From Nitrospinaceae bacterium (lineage in GTDB: Bacteria > Nitrospinota > Nitrospinia > Nitrospinales > Nitrospinaceae): a stretch of DNA of 64,000 bases. Positions within the stretch are counted from its first letter, which is position 1. Each line of letters opens with the position of its first letter. Positions 15,368 to 25,376 of this stretch are shown piece after piece. Under the pieces are notes generated by a model, which saw only the letters and a program-made list of their open reading frames with translations, ran no database searches and was not told the origin of the DNA. A program made the translations under genes and the position numbers. Where the stretch lies: positions 2,848,001 through 2,912,000 of the forward strand of contig OZ250172.1 of NCBI GenBank assembly GCA_965237905.1, given 5' to 3'.

Positions 15368-17563
15368 CTAGAAGGTGCGATGGAGAAAAGATTCTCCTCG
15401 GGATCCGTCAAAATTGCCCAAGCCTTTTAGAGAAATACTGAACAGAAACCGGGTATCATTCGTTTTTCCCGTTCCGTTGAAAATATTGCGGTCGATGTAA
15501 TCGATGCTAAATCCCCAGCACATACATTTGTCATTATATGTCAGGCGGGTGTTATGTTCCAAAAGCTCATCGGTAAATTCATCATACCGGATGCTGTACT
15601 TTGCGTTCCATCCTTTAGGCAAGGTGACGTCCAGGGTACCCAGGATGCTGGCCGTCTGATTATTCGGATCGTCTCTCTCCCGGCGCTCAAAAATCAGCAT
15701 TAACCACTTGTTCAGTTTGATGCCGGCATCAATGTTCCAGGTTTCCAGAGCATCACTGTAGACGTTGTAAGTGAAGTCAGTATTCAGGAAAAAGTTATCG
15801 GAGAGTTTGCTGTCCAGATCGAAACGAATGGGAGAAAAGGGGCGGCGGGGATTTCCCGGAATCACCTGACCTCGGGCCTCGTCCAAATCGTAACTCTGGC
15901 TGATTTCCAACCGGGCAATTTGCCTCACTTCCGTGTCTTTGTCGCTAGCTGATCCTTTGCGGAGCAGACGCTGGACCAGGAATAAACTGAGTTGGTTCAC
16001 GTTTTCAACCGCATCAATGCCGTCCACCAGGCGTATTTTGGCCCGGTCGCTGCGGTCGATATCCGGTATGTAATCATACTGCAAGCGCGGTTCGATGACA
16101 TGTTTGAAACTGGAGCCTTCCGGATCGTCAGATAGAAATATCCGGTTGAACTTGGGGCCTTCCAGCAAAACGTTCACATCCACCATTTCCCGTGAAAAAC
16201 TATCCCCCTCGGCGACGCCGGGGCTGGCTGGGATTTCCTTATTGTAGAACGTTTCCCGGAAGCCCACACGGGGAGTCAATTGCAACCACGGGGCAATATT
16301 GATGGGCAAGGCCAGGCTGGGGTGGTAGTCAAACCGCTGGCTGGTTTCAGTCAGATCCGAGGTACTGCTGGTATCCAGGTCAAATAAAAAGTGTGTGTAG
16401 CTGACTTCCTGATCGAAATACGCACTTAAAAATTTGATTTCCACGGGCTGTGTTTTGTAGGTGACTGTGGGCAGAAGTCCAAACGTTTCGTCCAGATCGA
16501 ACTGCTCGCTTTCCCGGAACCGGGCCAGGACATCAAAAGAATGGTTATCCCACTTTCGGAATAAACTCGCGTAAGAGTCCGAACTCCGGCGCGTTCTCAA
16601 CTCAGTCTGATTACGAAAGGTTTGATTGAAATTGGCCTTGGACGTTTGGTCGATCTTGGCATTCAGTTTGAATCCCAGGGGCAGTTGTTGCCGATGCGTT
16701 GCATCGAGTTTCCAGAACGTGCTTTGAGTCAAATTGTCATCCAGAAACACGAAGTTGACCTGTCCGGATGTGGTTTTGTTGGGGGTGTACCGGAACTCTG
16801 TCCGTGAACGGATGCCCCGCCTTTCAACATAATCGACACCGATCGTGGCATCGGACCACTGATTGATGGCCCAGAAATAGGCCATCGCTACCGTTTCCCC
16901 TTCCACACTGCTGGTCGAAACTCTGGGAGCGAGTAATCCGGACTTTCTTTTGGTTAATATCGGGACATAGCCCACGGGAATATAAAGGATGGGAATATTT
17001 TTGATACGAAACACGCCTCCCGCAAACCAGGCCCGGTCGTCGAGAATCACATCCGCATCGGCAACGTCGATTTGCCAATCGGGAATCTCCCCTGTGCAGG
17101 TGGTGAGCGTCGAATTCTGGGCGGTGTAATGATTTTCCGATAATTTGGTGACCTCATCCCCAGTGATGTAATACAGATCGCCCAGTTTACCCGCTACCTT
17201 GAACAACCGCCCCTTTTCGGCTTTTATGTTGAATTGCGCCTTCTCTGCCTGGAATTTTGTTCCCTGTTCCGCGGTCATGACCACATTTCCCTTGGCCTGT
17301 CCCTTACCGGTCTCGGTGTTGATGATGATCTCGTCTGCGCTGACGGTCCGCGCGCCGTAAGTGACCACGACATGTCCCTCGGCTTTGACCAGGTTTTTTT
17401 CAACCAGATGAAGCATTCGGTCGGCCGTCAAATTTACAGGGTCCGTGTTCTCGTTGGAAGGGGTCTCCGGCTGGGCCCAGGAATCCAGAAAAAACATCCC
17501 GGTTGCCAGGGGCAAAAGAAAGGAGATAATAAATATCTTACGAATTATAGGTTTGATTATCAA
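15368..17563 (-). CDS. lptD: LPS-assembly protein LptD-like outer-membrane protein
   Basis: Signal peptide, OstA-like N-domain with TTC...PDW, RKSGLLAP, KHVIEP, C-terminal CW...F.ISLKGLG; start uncertain (TTG). Confidence 0.88.
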   Translation of the reverse strand: MIIKPIIRKIFIISFLLPLATGMFFLDSWAQPETPSNENTDPVNLTADRMLHLVEKNLVKAEGHVVVTYGARTVSADEIIINTETGKGQAKGNVVMTAEQGTKFQAEKAQFNIKAEKGRLFKVAGKLGDLYYITGDEVTKLSENHYTAQNSTLTTCTGEIPDWQIDVADADVILDDRAWFAGGVFRIKNIPILYIPVGYVPILTKRKSGLLAPRVSTSSVEGETVAMAYFWAINQWSDATIGVDYVERRGIRSRTEFRYTPNKTTSGQVNFVFLDDNLTQSTFWKLDATHRQQLPLGFKLNAKIDQTSKANFNQTFRNQTELRTRRSSDSYASLFRKWDNHSFDVLARFRESEQFDLDETFGLLPTVTYKTQPVEIKFLSAYFDQEVSYTHFLFDLDTSSTSDLTETSQRFDYHPSLALPINIAPWLQLTPRVGFRETFYNKEIPASPGVAEGDSFSREMVDVNVLLEGPKFNRIFLSDDPEGSSFKHVIEPRLQYDYIPDIDRSDRAKIRLVDGIDAVENVNQLSLFLVQRLLRKGSASDKDTEVRQIARLEISQSYDLDEARGQVIPGNPRRPFSPIRFDLDSKLSDNFFLNTDFTYNVYSDALETWNIDAGIKLNKWLMLIFERRERDDPNNQTASILGTLDVTLPKGWNAKYSIRYDEFTDELLEHNTRLTYNDKCMCWGFSIDYIDRNIFNGTGKTNDTRFLFSISLKGLGNFDGSRGESFLHRTF

Positions 17564-18824
17564 TAACCTGCTTAGCCTCAGCTACCGTGAATAGAGAACC
17601 TGTGACAACGATCAGATCGTCAGGGTCGGCCACTTGATAGGCGCGATCCAACGCCAACGGAATTTCATCCACCAGATCGATGGGCTGGGTGAAGTTCGTA
17701 AATGCTTTCCGGACTTGTTCCGGAGGAGTACTTCTATCGTTTTTCGGCTGGGTCACTACTATATAATCGGCATAATCTGAAATTAATTCAGTGATTTCTG
17801 CCAGGGGTTTATCCTTCATGATTCCGAAAACCCAGATTTTTCTTTTGTGGGGAAACAATTCGGAAAGGGATGCCGTCAACTTTTTAAAGCTATCGAAATT
17901 ATGGGCACCATCCAAAATAAGAGAAGGATTCGTGCCGCACATCTCCAGGCGGCCGGACCAGTCCGCTGATTTCAAACCTTGCCTGATGGTCGGCTCGGTG
18001 ACGGAAGGATCGGCCAGGGCCGTACAGGCCGCCACTGCCAACCCGGCATTGACCGACTGGTGCCTGCCCGCCAAAGAAATTTCCAGACCTTTATACCAAA
18101 TTTCCGGACCATTAAAATCAAAAACCTGACCCTGCAGAGAGTGGGATTGAATATCGACTTGAAAATCCTGTCCCAATTGAAGCAGAGAGGCCTTGTGACC
18201 CCGGCTCTGGTCCTGAATCACCTGAATAACCTCTTTTTCCTGTGAGCCGCAGACCACCGTGCAGGGATGCTTGATAATCGCGGCCTTTTCCCGCGCGATT
18301 TGGCTCAAGTCAGTCCCCAGGCTCGATTCATGGTCACGGGATATGGGGGTTATAATGCAGACTCGGCCCTGGCACAGGTTGGTGGAGTCCAGGCGGCCTC
18401 CCATACCGACTTCCACGACGTTCCAGTCGGTTTCCTGCCGGTCGAAATGCAGGAGCGCCATGATGGTACCGAATTCGAAAAAAGTGGGGGATAACTTTAA
18501 ATCTTCCGAAGCTTGTTTGAGGGTGGCGACCCAATAAATTGTTTCCTCAGGTGCAATGAGTTGGCGGTTGATTTGAATACGTTCCCGAAAATCCAGAATG
18601 TGAGGCGAGGTATAAAGCCCCACACGGTAACCCGAAGCGCGTAGAATGGATTCCACAAAAGCCGCTGTGGAACCTTTACCGTTGGTGCCGGCAATATGGA
18701 CTACCGGAGTTTTTAGTTGGGGGTTGCCGAAATAATCAAGCAACCGCGTTGTGTTATCCAATCCCAGTTTGATTCCCAGCCGGGCCAGGCTGTAAAGATA
18801 ATCCAGGGATTCCTGATAGTTCAT
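17538..18824 (-). CDS. folC: Folylpolyglutamate synthase/dihydrofolate synthase
   Basis: HIAGTNGKGST, YTSPH, EVGMGGRLDSTN, LDGAHN, TGSL. Confidence 0.97.
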   Translation of the reverse strand: MNYQESLDYLYSLARLGIKLGLDNTTRLLDYFGNPQLKTPVVHIAGTNGKGSTAAFVESILRASGYRVGLYTSPHILDFRERIQINRQLIAPEETIYWVATLKQASEDLKLSPTFFEFGTIMALLHFDRQETDWNVVEVGMGGRLDSTNLCQGRVCIITPISRDHESSLGTDLSQIAREKAAIIKHPCTVVCGSQEKEVIQVIQDQSRGHKASLLQLGQDFQVDIQSHSLQGQVFDFNGPEIWYKGLEISLAGRHQSVNAGLAVAACTALADPSVTEPTIRQGLKSADWSGRLEMCGTNPSLILDGAHNFDSFKKLTASLSELFPHKRKIWVFGIMKDKPLAEITELISDYADYIVVTQPKNDRSTPPEQVRKAFTNFTQPIDLVDEIPLALDRAYQVADPDDLIVVTGSLFTVAEAKQVIDNQTYNS

Positions 18825-18982
18825 AAGATGGAGGCTCCCTGTTTGCCTGGAAGCGTTAAATTTTTATTGGACGCCAGTGAATAAGAAAAGTCAGGCGGTC
18901 GTTAAGGGGATTATATTTTCTCATTTGCGCTTTGTGTGAGTAAAATGCTTAAAAATTAAATATTTTTAATAATAGAGGGAGT

Positions 18983-19537
18983 ATGACCAGTCAACCCACA
19001 CCAATTCGAATTCCATTAATGGAGATTTCAGGAAAGGTGGGGCAAGAAGGACAGGCGGAGGAGTTGCCGCCGGGCCTGAAGCGGCTTTCTGAGGTCGAAA
19101 TCTCCGTGTCCCAGGGTTTGCCGGAGCAATGCTATGCTCTGGAACTAACCGATATCATTAAGAAATCTCTAGAATCGGGAAAGTCTCTGGGAATATTCGG
19201 ATCCGGAAAGGGTGGTGCGGCGCTGAATGATATTTATGCTCTGGGTCTTACGGGGCGGGAACCTCTCGTCTGCAAAGTGATCAAAAACGATGCGCGTCCC
19301 GGTTCTTCCAATCGGGAGAAACCAGCCGTTTCCCCTGCGAAGAATCGCAGAAAAAGTTTCATGACCCCCACACCCCTGCATATCCCGGAAAGCCGGGTGT
19401 CGCCCATTCCCGATTCCGCCCATGAGATGATTTATCTGAAAGATTTGAACGAAAGCGAAGCTTTAAAGGTGGTTCCCTTGCGGGATGTGGTGTGGATGCA
19501 TCCCTTGATTTCCGTGATGGAAAATCCTCAGGGATAA
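18983..19537 (+). CDS. Hypothetical protein
   Basis: 184-aa ORF with GAGGGAG RBS filling the gap divergent from folC. Confidence 0.65.
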   Translation: MTSQPTPIRIPLMEISGKVGQEGQAEELPPGLKRLSEVEISVSQGLPEQCYALELTDIIKKSLESGKSLGIFGSGKGGAALNDIYALGLTGREPLVCKVIKNDARPGSSNREKPAVSPAKNRRKSFMTPTPLHIPESRVSPIPDSAHEMIYLKDLNESEALKVVPLRDVVWMHPLISVMENPQG

Positions 19538-19548
19538 TCGTTGGATGA

Positions 19549-20181
19549 TTATTCCAAAACCAAGTGAACCAGATCGCGAAAGGCTTGGACGCCTGTCTGT
19601 GCCCAGTTGAGTTCTGGGAAGGATTCTTCCGATACCGGAAAAAGTCTCATCAGTTTGAGGTATTGGAGACGATCGGCGATCTCTTGAATTTCGTTTTTGG
19701 AAAGTTTGGACACTTTTGCAAAATGGTTTTCACTGAATTCCCACTCCCAGGGACTGGTGTGTTGGGAAAGATAAACATTTTCGCAAGCGGCATCCTGTCG
19801 GTATTCTTTCAGCCGGCTTAAGTAGGTATCCAATTCAGGACCTTTCAATATGAGAGCAAACCCAAGGTAATGCCCCCACCAGAAAAGCGTGCGATAAGTA
19901 AAGAATTCCGTTTTTGAGAATTTCTGCGGGATGTCGAGCGAAAGAAAAGGGAATCCTTTATGATTTTCTCCCCGGGCGATTTGGCCTTTAGTCAGGTCCG
20001 TATCCGGCGGATAGGGTTTGGGATGGGCCTTCAATTCAGCCGCCAGAGCAGAGCGCAACTCCTCAAGATAACTTTCCGCCTTTTTCAAGATGGCGGGTTT
20101 GTGCTTGAAGATTTCCGTTATGTTGATCAGATCCCATTCGTGGTGAGACCAATGCGTATGGTTTTCCTGGCTAGTTTTCAT
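19549..20181 (-). CDS. Conserved hypothetical protein
   Basis: 210 aa, ARGENHKGFPFLSLDIP...RTLFWWG motif-like segment; follows the mot operon. Confidence 0.75.
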   Translation of the reverse strand: MKTSQENHTHWSHHEWDLINITEIFKHKPAILKKAESYLEELRSALAAELKAHPKPYPPDTDLTKGQIARGENHKGFPFLSLDIPQKFSKTEFFTYRTLFWWGHYLGFALILKGPELDTYLSRLKEYRQDAACENVYLSQHTSPWEWEFSENHFAKVSKLSKNEIQEIADRLQYLKLMRLFPVSEESFPELNWAQTGVQAFRDLVHLVLE

Positions 20182-20208
20182 GGGACCCGAAGCTGACTTT
20201 TAAAAAAA

Positions 20209-20583
20209 TCAGGGATTTTGGGATCGAAGGTCGTCCTTTTGACGCACCAGAACGTAGCGGTGAAGGGAATCTTCGGATTCGACACCCAGATCAATGAAAC
20301 TACACCGGCAAACATCTTCTTCATCGATGCGCAAAATTTTTATCTGGGTTTTTATAATGCCTCCCGTAGGCAAGACAAAGTCTACCATATGCGAGGAATC
20401 TTCTTTGAGCCCCTGATTTTTAAATGCCAGTCCACCGGAACTGATTTCCACGATTTCCAGCGAATTCCCGTCCAGATTAAGAAACAGAGGGTTTTCCGGA
20501 TCCGGGGCGATTCGGTAGGCCTGGCGCGCTTCCTCCGGTGCTTTTAATTTCTTTTCCTGTTTATTTTTCTTTTTCCAGAACAA
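20209..20583 (-). CDS. PilZ domain protein
   Basis: RQAYR and EISSGG motifs; TTG start overlapping the motB end. Confidence 0.8.
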   Translation of the reverse strand: MFWKKKNKQEKKLKAPEEARQAYRIAPDPENPLFLNLDGNSLEIVEISSGGLAFKNQGLKEDSSHMVDFVLPTGGIIKTQIKILRIDEEDVCRCSFIDLGVESEDSLHRYVLVRQKDDLRSQNP

Positions 20584-22042
20584 ATTCGACTCTCCTATTG
20601 GTGGATTGCCCTAATTCCGAATTATTAGAAGCGATAGGAAATATATCGGCATATCCGGTGGCGGTCAACCGTTTAGGGTCAATATTCTTATCGATGAAAT
20701 ACCTCAAAACCGCGGTAGCGCGGGCTGAAGACAATTCCCAGTTGGATGGAAACCGGTCGGTAGAAATGGGGGAATCGTCGGTATGCCCTTGAATGCTTAT
20801 CCGGTAACGAGGATAGGTATTCAGAAGGCGGACGATCTCGTCCAGAACCGGCTTGCTCTTTTGCAGGTCCAGATTAGCATTCCCGGGTTCGAACAACGAA
20901 CCTCCAGGGATGCGAACAACGATTTTGGTGCGGTCCGTGGAAATATCCATGATTTCATTCATGGCTTCCCGGTCGGCGACGTGCTGAATATCCGATAGTA
21001 TATTATCGCTTTTGAGCCCGGTCAGCACTTCAATCGTTTCCTTCCTTTCGACGGAGTCCATAAGCTCGAGCAGTCCGATGCTGGCGGATTCTGTTCCCAG
21101 AATAGCCTCCTTGAATTTATTGTTCGCGATGGAGGACAATGAATAATATAAGATGAAAAATGTTAAAAGGAGAATAGCCATGTCGGCATAGGTGGTCATC
21201 CACAAGGGTGAAGATTTTTCCTCCATCGCTTCATCCATAAACTCGGCCAGCTTTTTTCTTGTGAATCGAGACCGTTTCAGCTTTTTCGCGGCACTTTCTT
21301 CTGCTCTTTTAACCTCATAATCCAACTCGGATTTGAATTTTTTCTTTTGTAGAACGAGTTCTCTTTCCAGTTCATCCTTTTCCGATGTTAGTGCGGTTAA
21401 TTCCTTGCGCACTTGTTTGACGATTTCCGCTGGAAACTGAGACTCATCCCCTTCCTCGAAATCACCATCGAGAAGTTTTTCGTAGGTCTTGATCAGATCT
21501 TCTTTCTCTTTAATCAGCTGTTCGAAGCGTTTCCGCGATTCGTCATCCCGTTTGTCCACTTGGCCGGCTTCAGTTTTCAGGGAGGCGGCGGGTTTAGGCT
21601 CTTTTTGAAGACGCCGAATTTCCCTGGCCATCACCCCTTTTTCATCGTTCAGCCGATCTTTGGCCTTGCGTTCCTCCTCAATTTTTTGGGCCAGGCGGGA
21701 GTTCTTTTCACGCAGTTCTTTCAGCAGTGGGTTGGTTTTTTCCGCCACCTGCAATTCCGGAGTTCCTCCCGGAGCCGATTCTTTGATCGTGGACGGCGAG
21801 CTTTTTTTGCCGCCCGAACTTGTTGCCGTGGATCGTTGGTAGGAAATGGATTTTTGTAAGCGGATTTGCTCTTTTTTTTCATTCAACTGTTGTTGGAGGG
21901 TATTGATTTTCTTGCCGGTTATCGCCAGCAAATGCTTGATCTTCACTTCTTGCTGGTTCTTTTCAGCATTCGTTTTTTTCAGCTCGACATTTTTAATTCT
22001 GAGCTGTTCTTTGACTTGTTCCATGTTTTCTCTGTTTGCCAT
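20561..22042 (-). CDS. motB: MotB/PomB-like stator subunit with long N-terminal coiled coil and OmpA-like peptidoglycan-binding domain
   Basis: WMTTYADMAILLLTFF TM helix at ~aa 281; GHTDD...SNWELSSARA...NRRVE. Confidence 0.88.
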   Translation of the reverse strand: MANRENMEQVKEQLRIKNVELKKTNAEKNQQEVKIKHLLAITGKKINTLQQQLNEKKEQIRLQKSISYQRSTATSSGGKKSSPSTIKESAPGGTPELQVAEKTNPLLKELREKNSRLAQKIEEERKAKDRLNDEKGVMAREIRRLQKEPKPAASLKTEAGQVDKRDDESRKRFEQLIKEKEDLIKTYEKLLDGDFEEGDESQFPAEIVKQVRKELTALTSEKDELERELVLQKKKFKSELDYEVKRAEESAAKKLKRSRFTRKKLAEFMDEAMEEKSSPLWMTTYADMAILLLTFFILYYSLSSIANNKFKEAILGTESASIGLLELMDSVERKETIEVLTGLKSDNILSDIQHVADREAMNEIMDISTDRTKIVVRIPGGSLFEPGNANLDLQKSKPVLDEIVRLLNTYPRYRISIQGHTDDSPISTDRFPSNWELSSARATAVLRYFIDKNIDPKRLTATGYADIFPIASNNSELGQSTNRRVEFVLEKEK

Positions 22043-22063
22043 AATGACGCTCGATTTACCCGG

Positions 22064-22837
22064 TTATTTTCTTACGAAGAAAGGTCGGCGCGGTCTCCGC
22101 TTCTTCGCAGGAATATAAGACGATAATTTTTCGTAAACGAAAATCGGATTGTTATCTTCAAGAATGGATATGGCTCCCTCAAATATGATCTCAAGCTTGA
22201 TTACTTCTACCAGCGTCCGATCTTTCAGCTTTCCGGCGATAGGAAGAAAAAACAAGGTCGCTAACAACATTCCGTAAAAAGTGGTCAGTAACGCTACCGC
22301 CATGGCCGGCCCAATGGTTTCGGGATTGGAGAGCTGACCCAACATCTGTACCAGCCCGATCAGGGTTCCCATCATCCCAAAGGAAGGAGCGTAGATCGCC
22401 ATTTTTCTGAAAACGTCCTGAACAATAAAATGCCGCTGTTTCATAGACTCAATTTCAATGTGAAGCGTGTCGCGGATCAGATCTTCCTTGGACCCGTCCG
22501 CAATCAGGTTGCAGGCTTTTCTGAGTAAATCGTCCTCAATACTCATACGGCTCAATGCGATCAATCCCTGACGGCGGCTGATGGTGCACAACTCGATCAT
22601 GGTTTCCACCATGTCGTTGGGATCCTGCTGTTTTTCTGAAAACACAAAAAAGGCCGCTTTAAAAGCGGAGATCACATCTTTCAGCTGGAAGGTGATTAGA
22701 GTGGCGGCGATCGTTCCCCCGAAGACAATCATGAAACCCGGCAAATTAAAGAAATTATCCAGTTGGCCATCAATGAAAATGGCACCCACGATGAGAGAGA
22801 TCCCTAATATGATTCCTACAAGGGAAGCAGCGTCCAC
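22064..22837 (-). CDS. motA: MotA/PomA-like stator subunit
   Basis: APSFGMMGTLIGLVQML and GPAMAVALLTTFYG; RRQGLIAL; GTG start. Confidence 0.93.
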   Translation of the reverse strand: MDAASLVGIILGISLIVGAIFIDGQLDNFFNLPGFMIVFGGTIAATLITFQLKDVISAFKAAFFVFSEKQQDPNDMVETMIELCTISRRQGLIALSRMSIEDDLLRKACNLIADGSKEDLIRDTLHIEIESMKQRHFIVQDVFRKMAIYAPSFGMMGTLIGLVQMLGQLSNPETIGPAMAVALLTTFYGMLLATLFFLPIAGKLKDRTLVEVIKLEIIFEGAISILEDNNPIFVYEKLSSYIPAKKRRPRRPFFVRK

Positions 22838-23018
22838 TAAATACGGTCCTTTTTATTAATATTGAAAAAATGGAATATTCTTTAAAGTTAACATGTCAAC
22901 GCTGTTTCTGCAATTTTTTCATGGGTTTAGGGGTAGAAATCATCAGCTTTCTCTGTCAAGGATTTGATGGATGTGGGGTCGTCAATCGGGATTAGGGGGT
23001 CGGCTCGTATTGAAGCAT

Positions 23019-25136
23019 TCAGTCGGATTCGGGTGATGGAGGGCCTGTTCGGAGGAACTGAGTCATGTCGTCAGGGGAAAGGACCGGACTCAGCATGATT
23101 CCCTGCGCCAGGTCGCAACCGGTTTTTTTGAGGAACGCCAATTGGTTTTCTGTTTCCACCCCTTCTGCGATCGTTTGCAGTTCCAGGTTTTGGGCCAGCG
23201 AAACTATGGCTTGGATAATGGCGCTACTGGTTTTCAATTGGTATTCATGGACGAAGGTTTGGTCGATTTTCAAGCTGTGGATAGGCATATCCTTTAAATA
23301 CTTCAGGGAGGAGAAGCCGGTACCAAAATCATCGATTGATAATCGAAGTCCAAATTCGCTCAAAGTCTTCAAGCGGGAAATGGCGCTATCGGAATTTTCC
23401 ATAAGAATGGTTTCGGTCAACTCCAGCTCCAGAAGTCTTGGATCGATTCCTGATTGAACCACCTGTTTTTCAACTTTTTGGGCCAGGTCGTCCTGGTTGA
23501 ACTGGTGGCCCGAAAGGTTGACTGCCACGTTGATCGGATCCAATCCCATAGACTGCCATTTCTTGATCTGTTGGCAGGCGGTCTCAAGAACCCATTCTCC
23601 AATGGGTATGATCAAACGGTTTTCTTCCGCCGCCAGGATAAACTCCAAAGTGGGGACCCAGCCCTTTTCCGGATGACACCAACGTATCAACGACTCCATG
23701 CCGGCCAATTGGCCGGTTGCCAGGTTAAACTTGGGCTGGTAATGCAGTTCGAATTCTTCACGTTCCAACGCTTTCCGCAAATCCGTTTCCATGTCGACTT
23801 TCTTGGCCGATTGGAACAGGAACGCCGGATTGTAATATTGAAAAGAATGCTTATCCTTTTCCTTGGCGGACCACAATGCGGCTTGCGCATTTTTAACCAG
23901 AGAGTGCGGATCCTTGCCGTCATGGGGGTAAAGAGAGATTCCCATAGTGGATCGTATGCTGACGTCATGATTGTTGATCGTGAACATGGGTTCGAGAGTT
24001 TGTAGAATTTTTTGAGCCATCAGAGTGATAAACCGTTGGTGGCTGGCCCCACTCAAGATCAGGAGAAAGTCCTCACCCTCCAGTCGGGCCACCGTATCCT
24101 CTTTTCGCAGGCATCCTTCCAGGCGTTTTCCAATATCCTTAAGTAAAAGTTCCCCCACATGGGGATCGAGAGAGTGGTTTATGGATTTGTAATTAACAAT
24201 GCTTACTATGGCCACCGCAATTAATTTTTCATTTCGATCAGCTTGGGAAATAGCGACACTCAATCGGTCCTTGGCTAAAGACATATTGGGTAGACTGGTT
24301 ACAGGGTCGAAATAAGCCAGGGTCTCCAGGCGCTCCTCCATTAACAACCGCTCGGTTTTATCTACAGCCATTGCAATATAAAGTGGGTTCGTGTCTTTCT
24401 GTAAAAGCTTAAAGCGGATTTCAGAGTTGTATTGTGTGCCGTCTTTTCTCTGGTGGATGCCTTGAAACGTGGCAAAAGAGTTCCCGTTGTTGCGAAGAGG
24501 CCGTGACAAATTGTTGAATGTATCGGGTGTCAGGTTCTTGATGACATCGAAAATGGTGCGCTTGGTAATTTGATCTTTGTCATAACCTAAATTATTCAGC
24601 GCCAGTGAGTTGCCGCGAACAAAGTGATGATCGGAGGAATCGATGATATAAATCTCATTGGGAGAATCGTCCAGGATGCGAAGCAAATGAACTGAGATTT
24701 TTTCCTGGGCTTCTTTTTTCTTGTAACCCATGGCCAAATCGCTGATGTTGCCCCGGGACCGGTACGACAAGGTGGTTAACAAGGAAAACAGAAATTGGTC
24801 ATTGGACGCCACGAGGGAATCAAATTGAGGTTTGGTGATTTCCATTAAAGTGGTTTGAGTAGCTGCCTGGACTATTGCGGAACGGTTTTTGGATTCGATG
24901 ATGGCCATTTCTCCAAAAACCTGCCCGTTGTTGATTTGGGATATTTCCTGGCCTTCTTTGAAAATAGTAAGACGCCCACCCAAGACCACATACATGTGGT
25001 GGCCGGGGTCACCGTCTTTGAACAAAGTTTCTCCCGGTTGCAAAACAACAGTTTGGCACTGTCCCGAGAGCTCGCTCAAAGTGGAGCCGGGTAAAGATTT
25101 GAATAGCTCGACGTCTTTTAATTGAACCAAATCCAT
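23019..25136 (-). CDS. cNMP-binding/PAS/GGDEF(degenerate)/EAL protein, probable c-di-GMP phosphodiesterase
   Basis: FGEMAII...RSA cNMP motif, PAS-PAC, RKED...EGEDF, ESLIRW, DDFGTGFSS, AEGVE. Confidence 0.92.
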   Translation of the reverse strand: MDLVQLKDVELFKSLPGSTLSELSGQCQTVVLQPGETLFKDGDPGHHMYVVLGGRLTIFKEGQEISQINNGQVFGEMAIIESKNRSAIVQAATQTTLMEITKPQFDSLVASNDQFLFSLLTTLSYRSRGNISDLAMGYKKKEAQEKISVHLLRILDDSPNEIYIIDSSDHHFVRGNSLALNNLGYDKDQITKRTIFDVIKNLTPDTFNNLSRPLRNNGNSFATFQGIHQRKDGTQYNSEIRFKLLQKDTNPLYIAMAVDKTERLLMEERLETLAYFDPVTSLPNMSLAKDRLSVAISQADRNEKLIAVAIVSIVNYKSINHSLDPHVGELLLKDIGKRLEGCLRKEDTVARLEGEDFLLILSGASHQRFITLMAQKILQTLEPMFTINNHDVSIRSTMGISLYPHDGKDPHSLVKNAQAALWSAKEKDKHSFQYYNPAFLFQSAKKVDMETDLRKALEREEFELHYQPKFNLATGQLAGMESLIRWCHPEKGWVPTLEFILAAEENRLIIPIGEWVLETACQQIKKWQSMGLDPINVAVNLSGHQFNQDDLAQKVEKQVVQSGIDPRLLELELTETILMENSDSAISRLKTLSEFGLRLSIDDFGTGFSSLKYLKDMPIHSLKIDQTFVHEYQLKTSSAIIQAIVSLAQNLELQTIAEGVETENQLAFLKKTGCDLAQGIMLSPVLSPDDMTQFLRTGPPSPESD

Positions 25137-25376
25137 ACAGTATTGTTTCTGCGTGTTCGTTTTTTAAGGGTATAAAATTTAGTATAAGGGGAGTTTAAGA
25201 AGTCTGTTTGGAAATTATCCATAAATTATGAATAAATAAGAGGTTTTGATGTAAATGTAATTTAAGAATGGAAGGTTGGTTGTAGCGAAAGGTATTGATT
25301 TTATTTAATAAAAATAGAGCTTTGTGGGAAGAGCGGAATCGCGATTTAAATTTATCCGAGAAGGATAAGGGACCGG

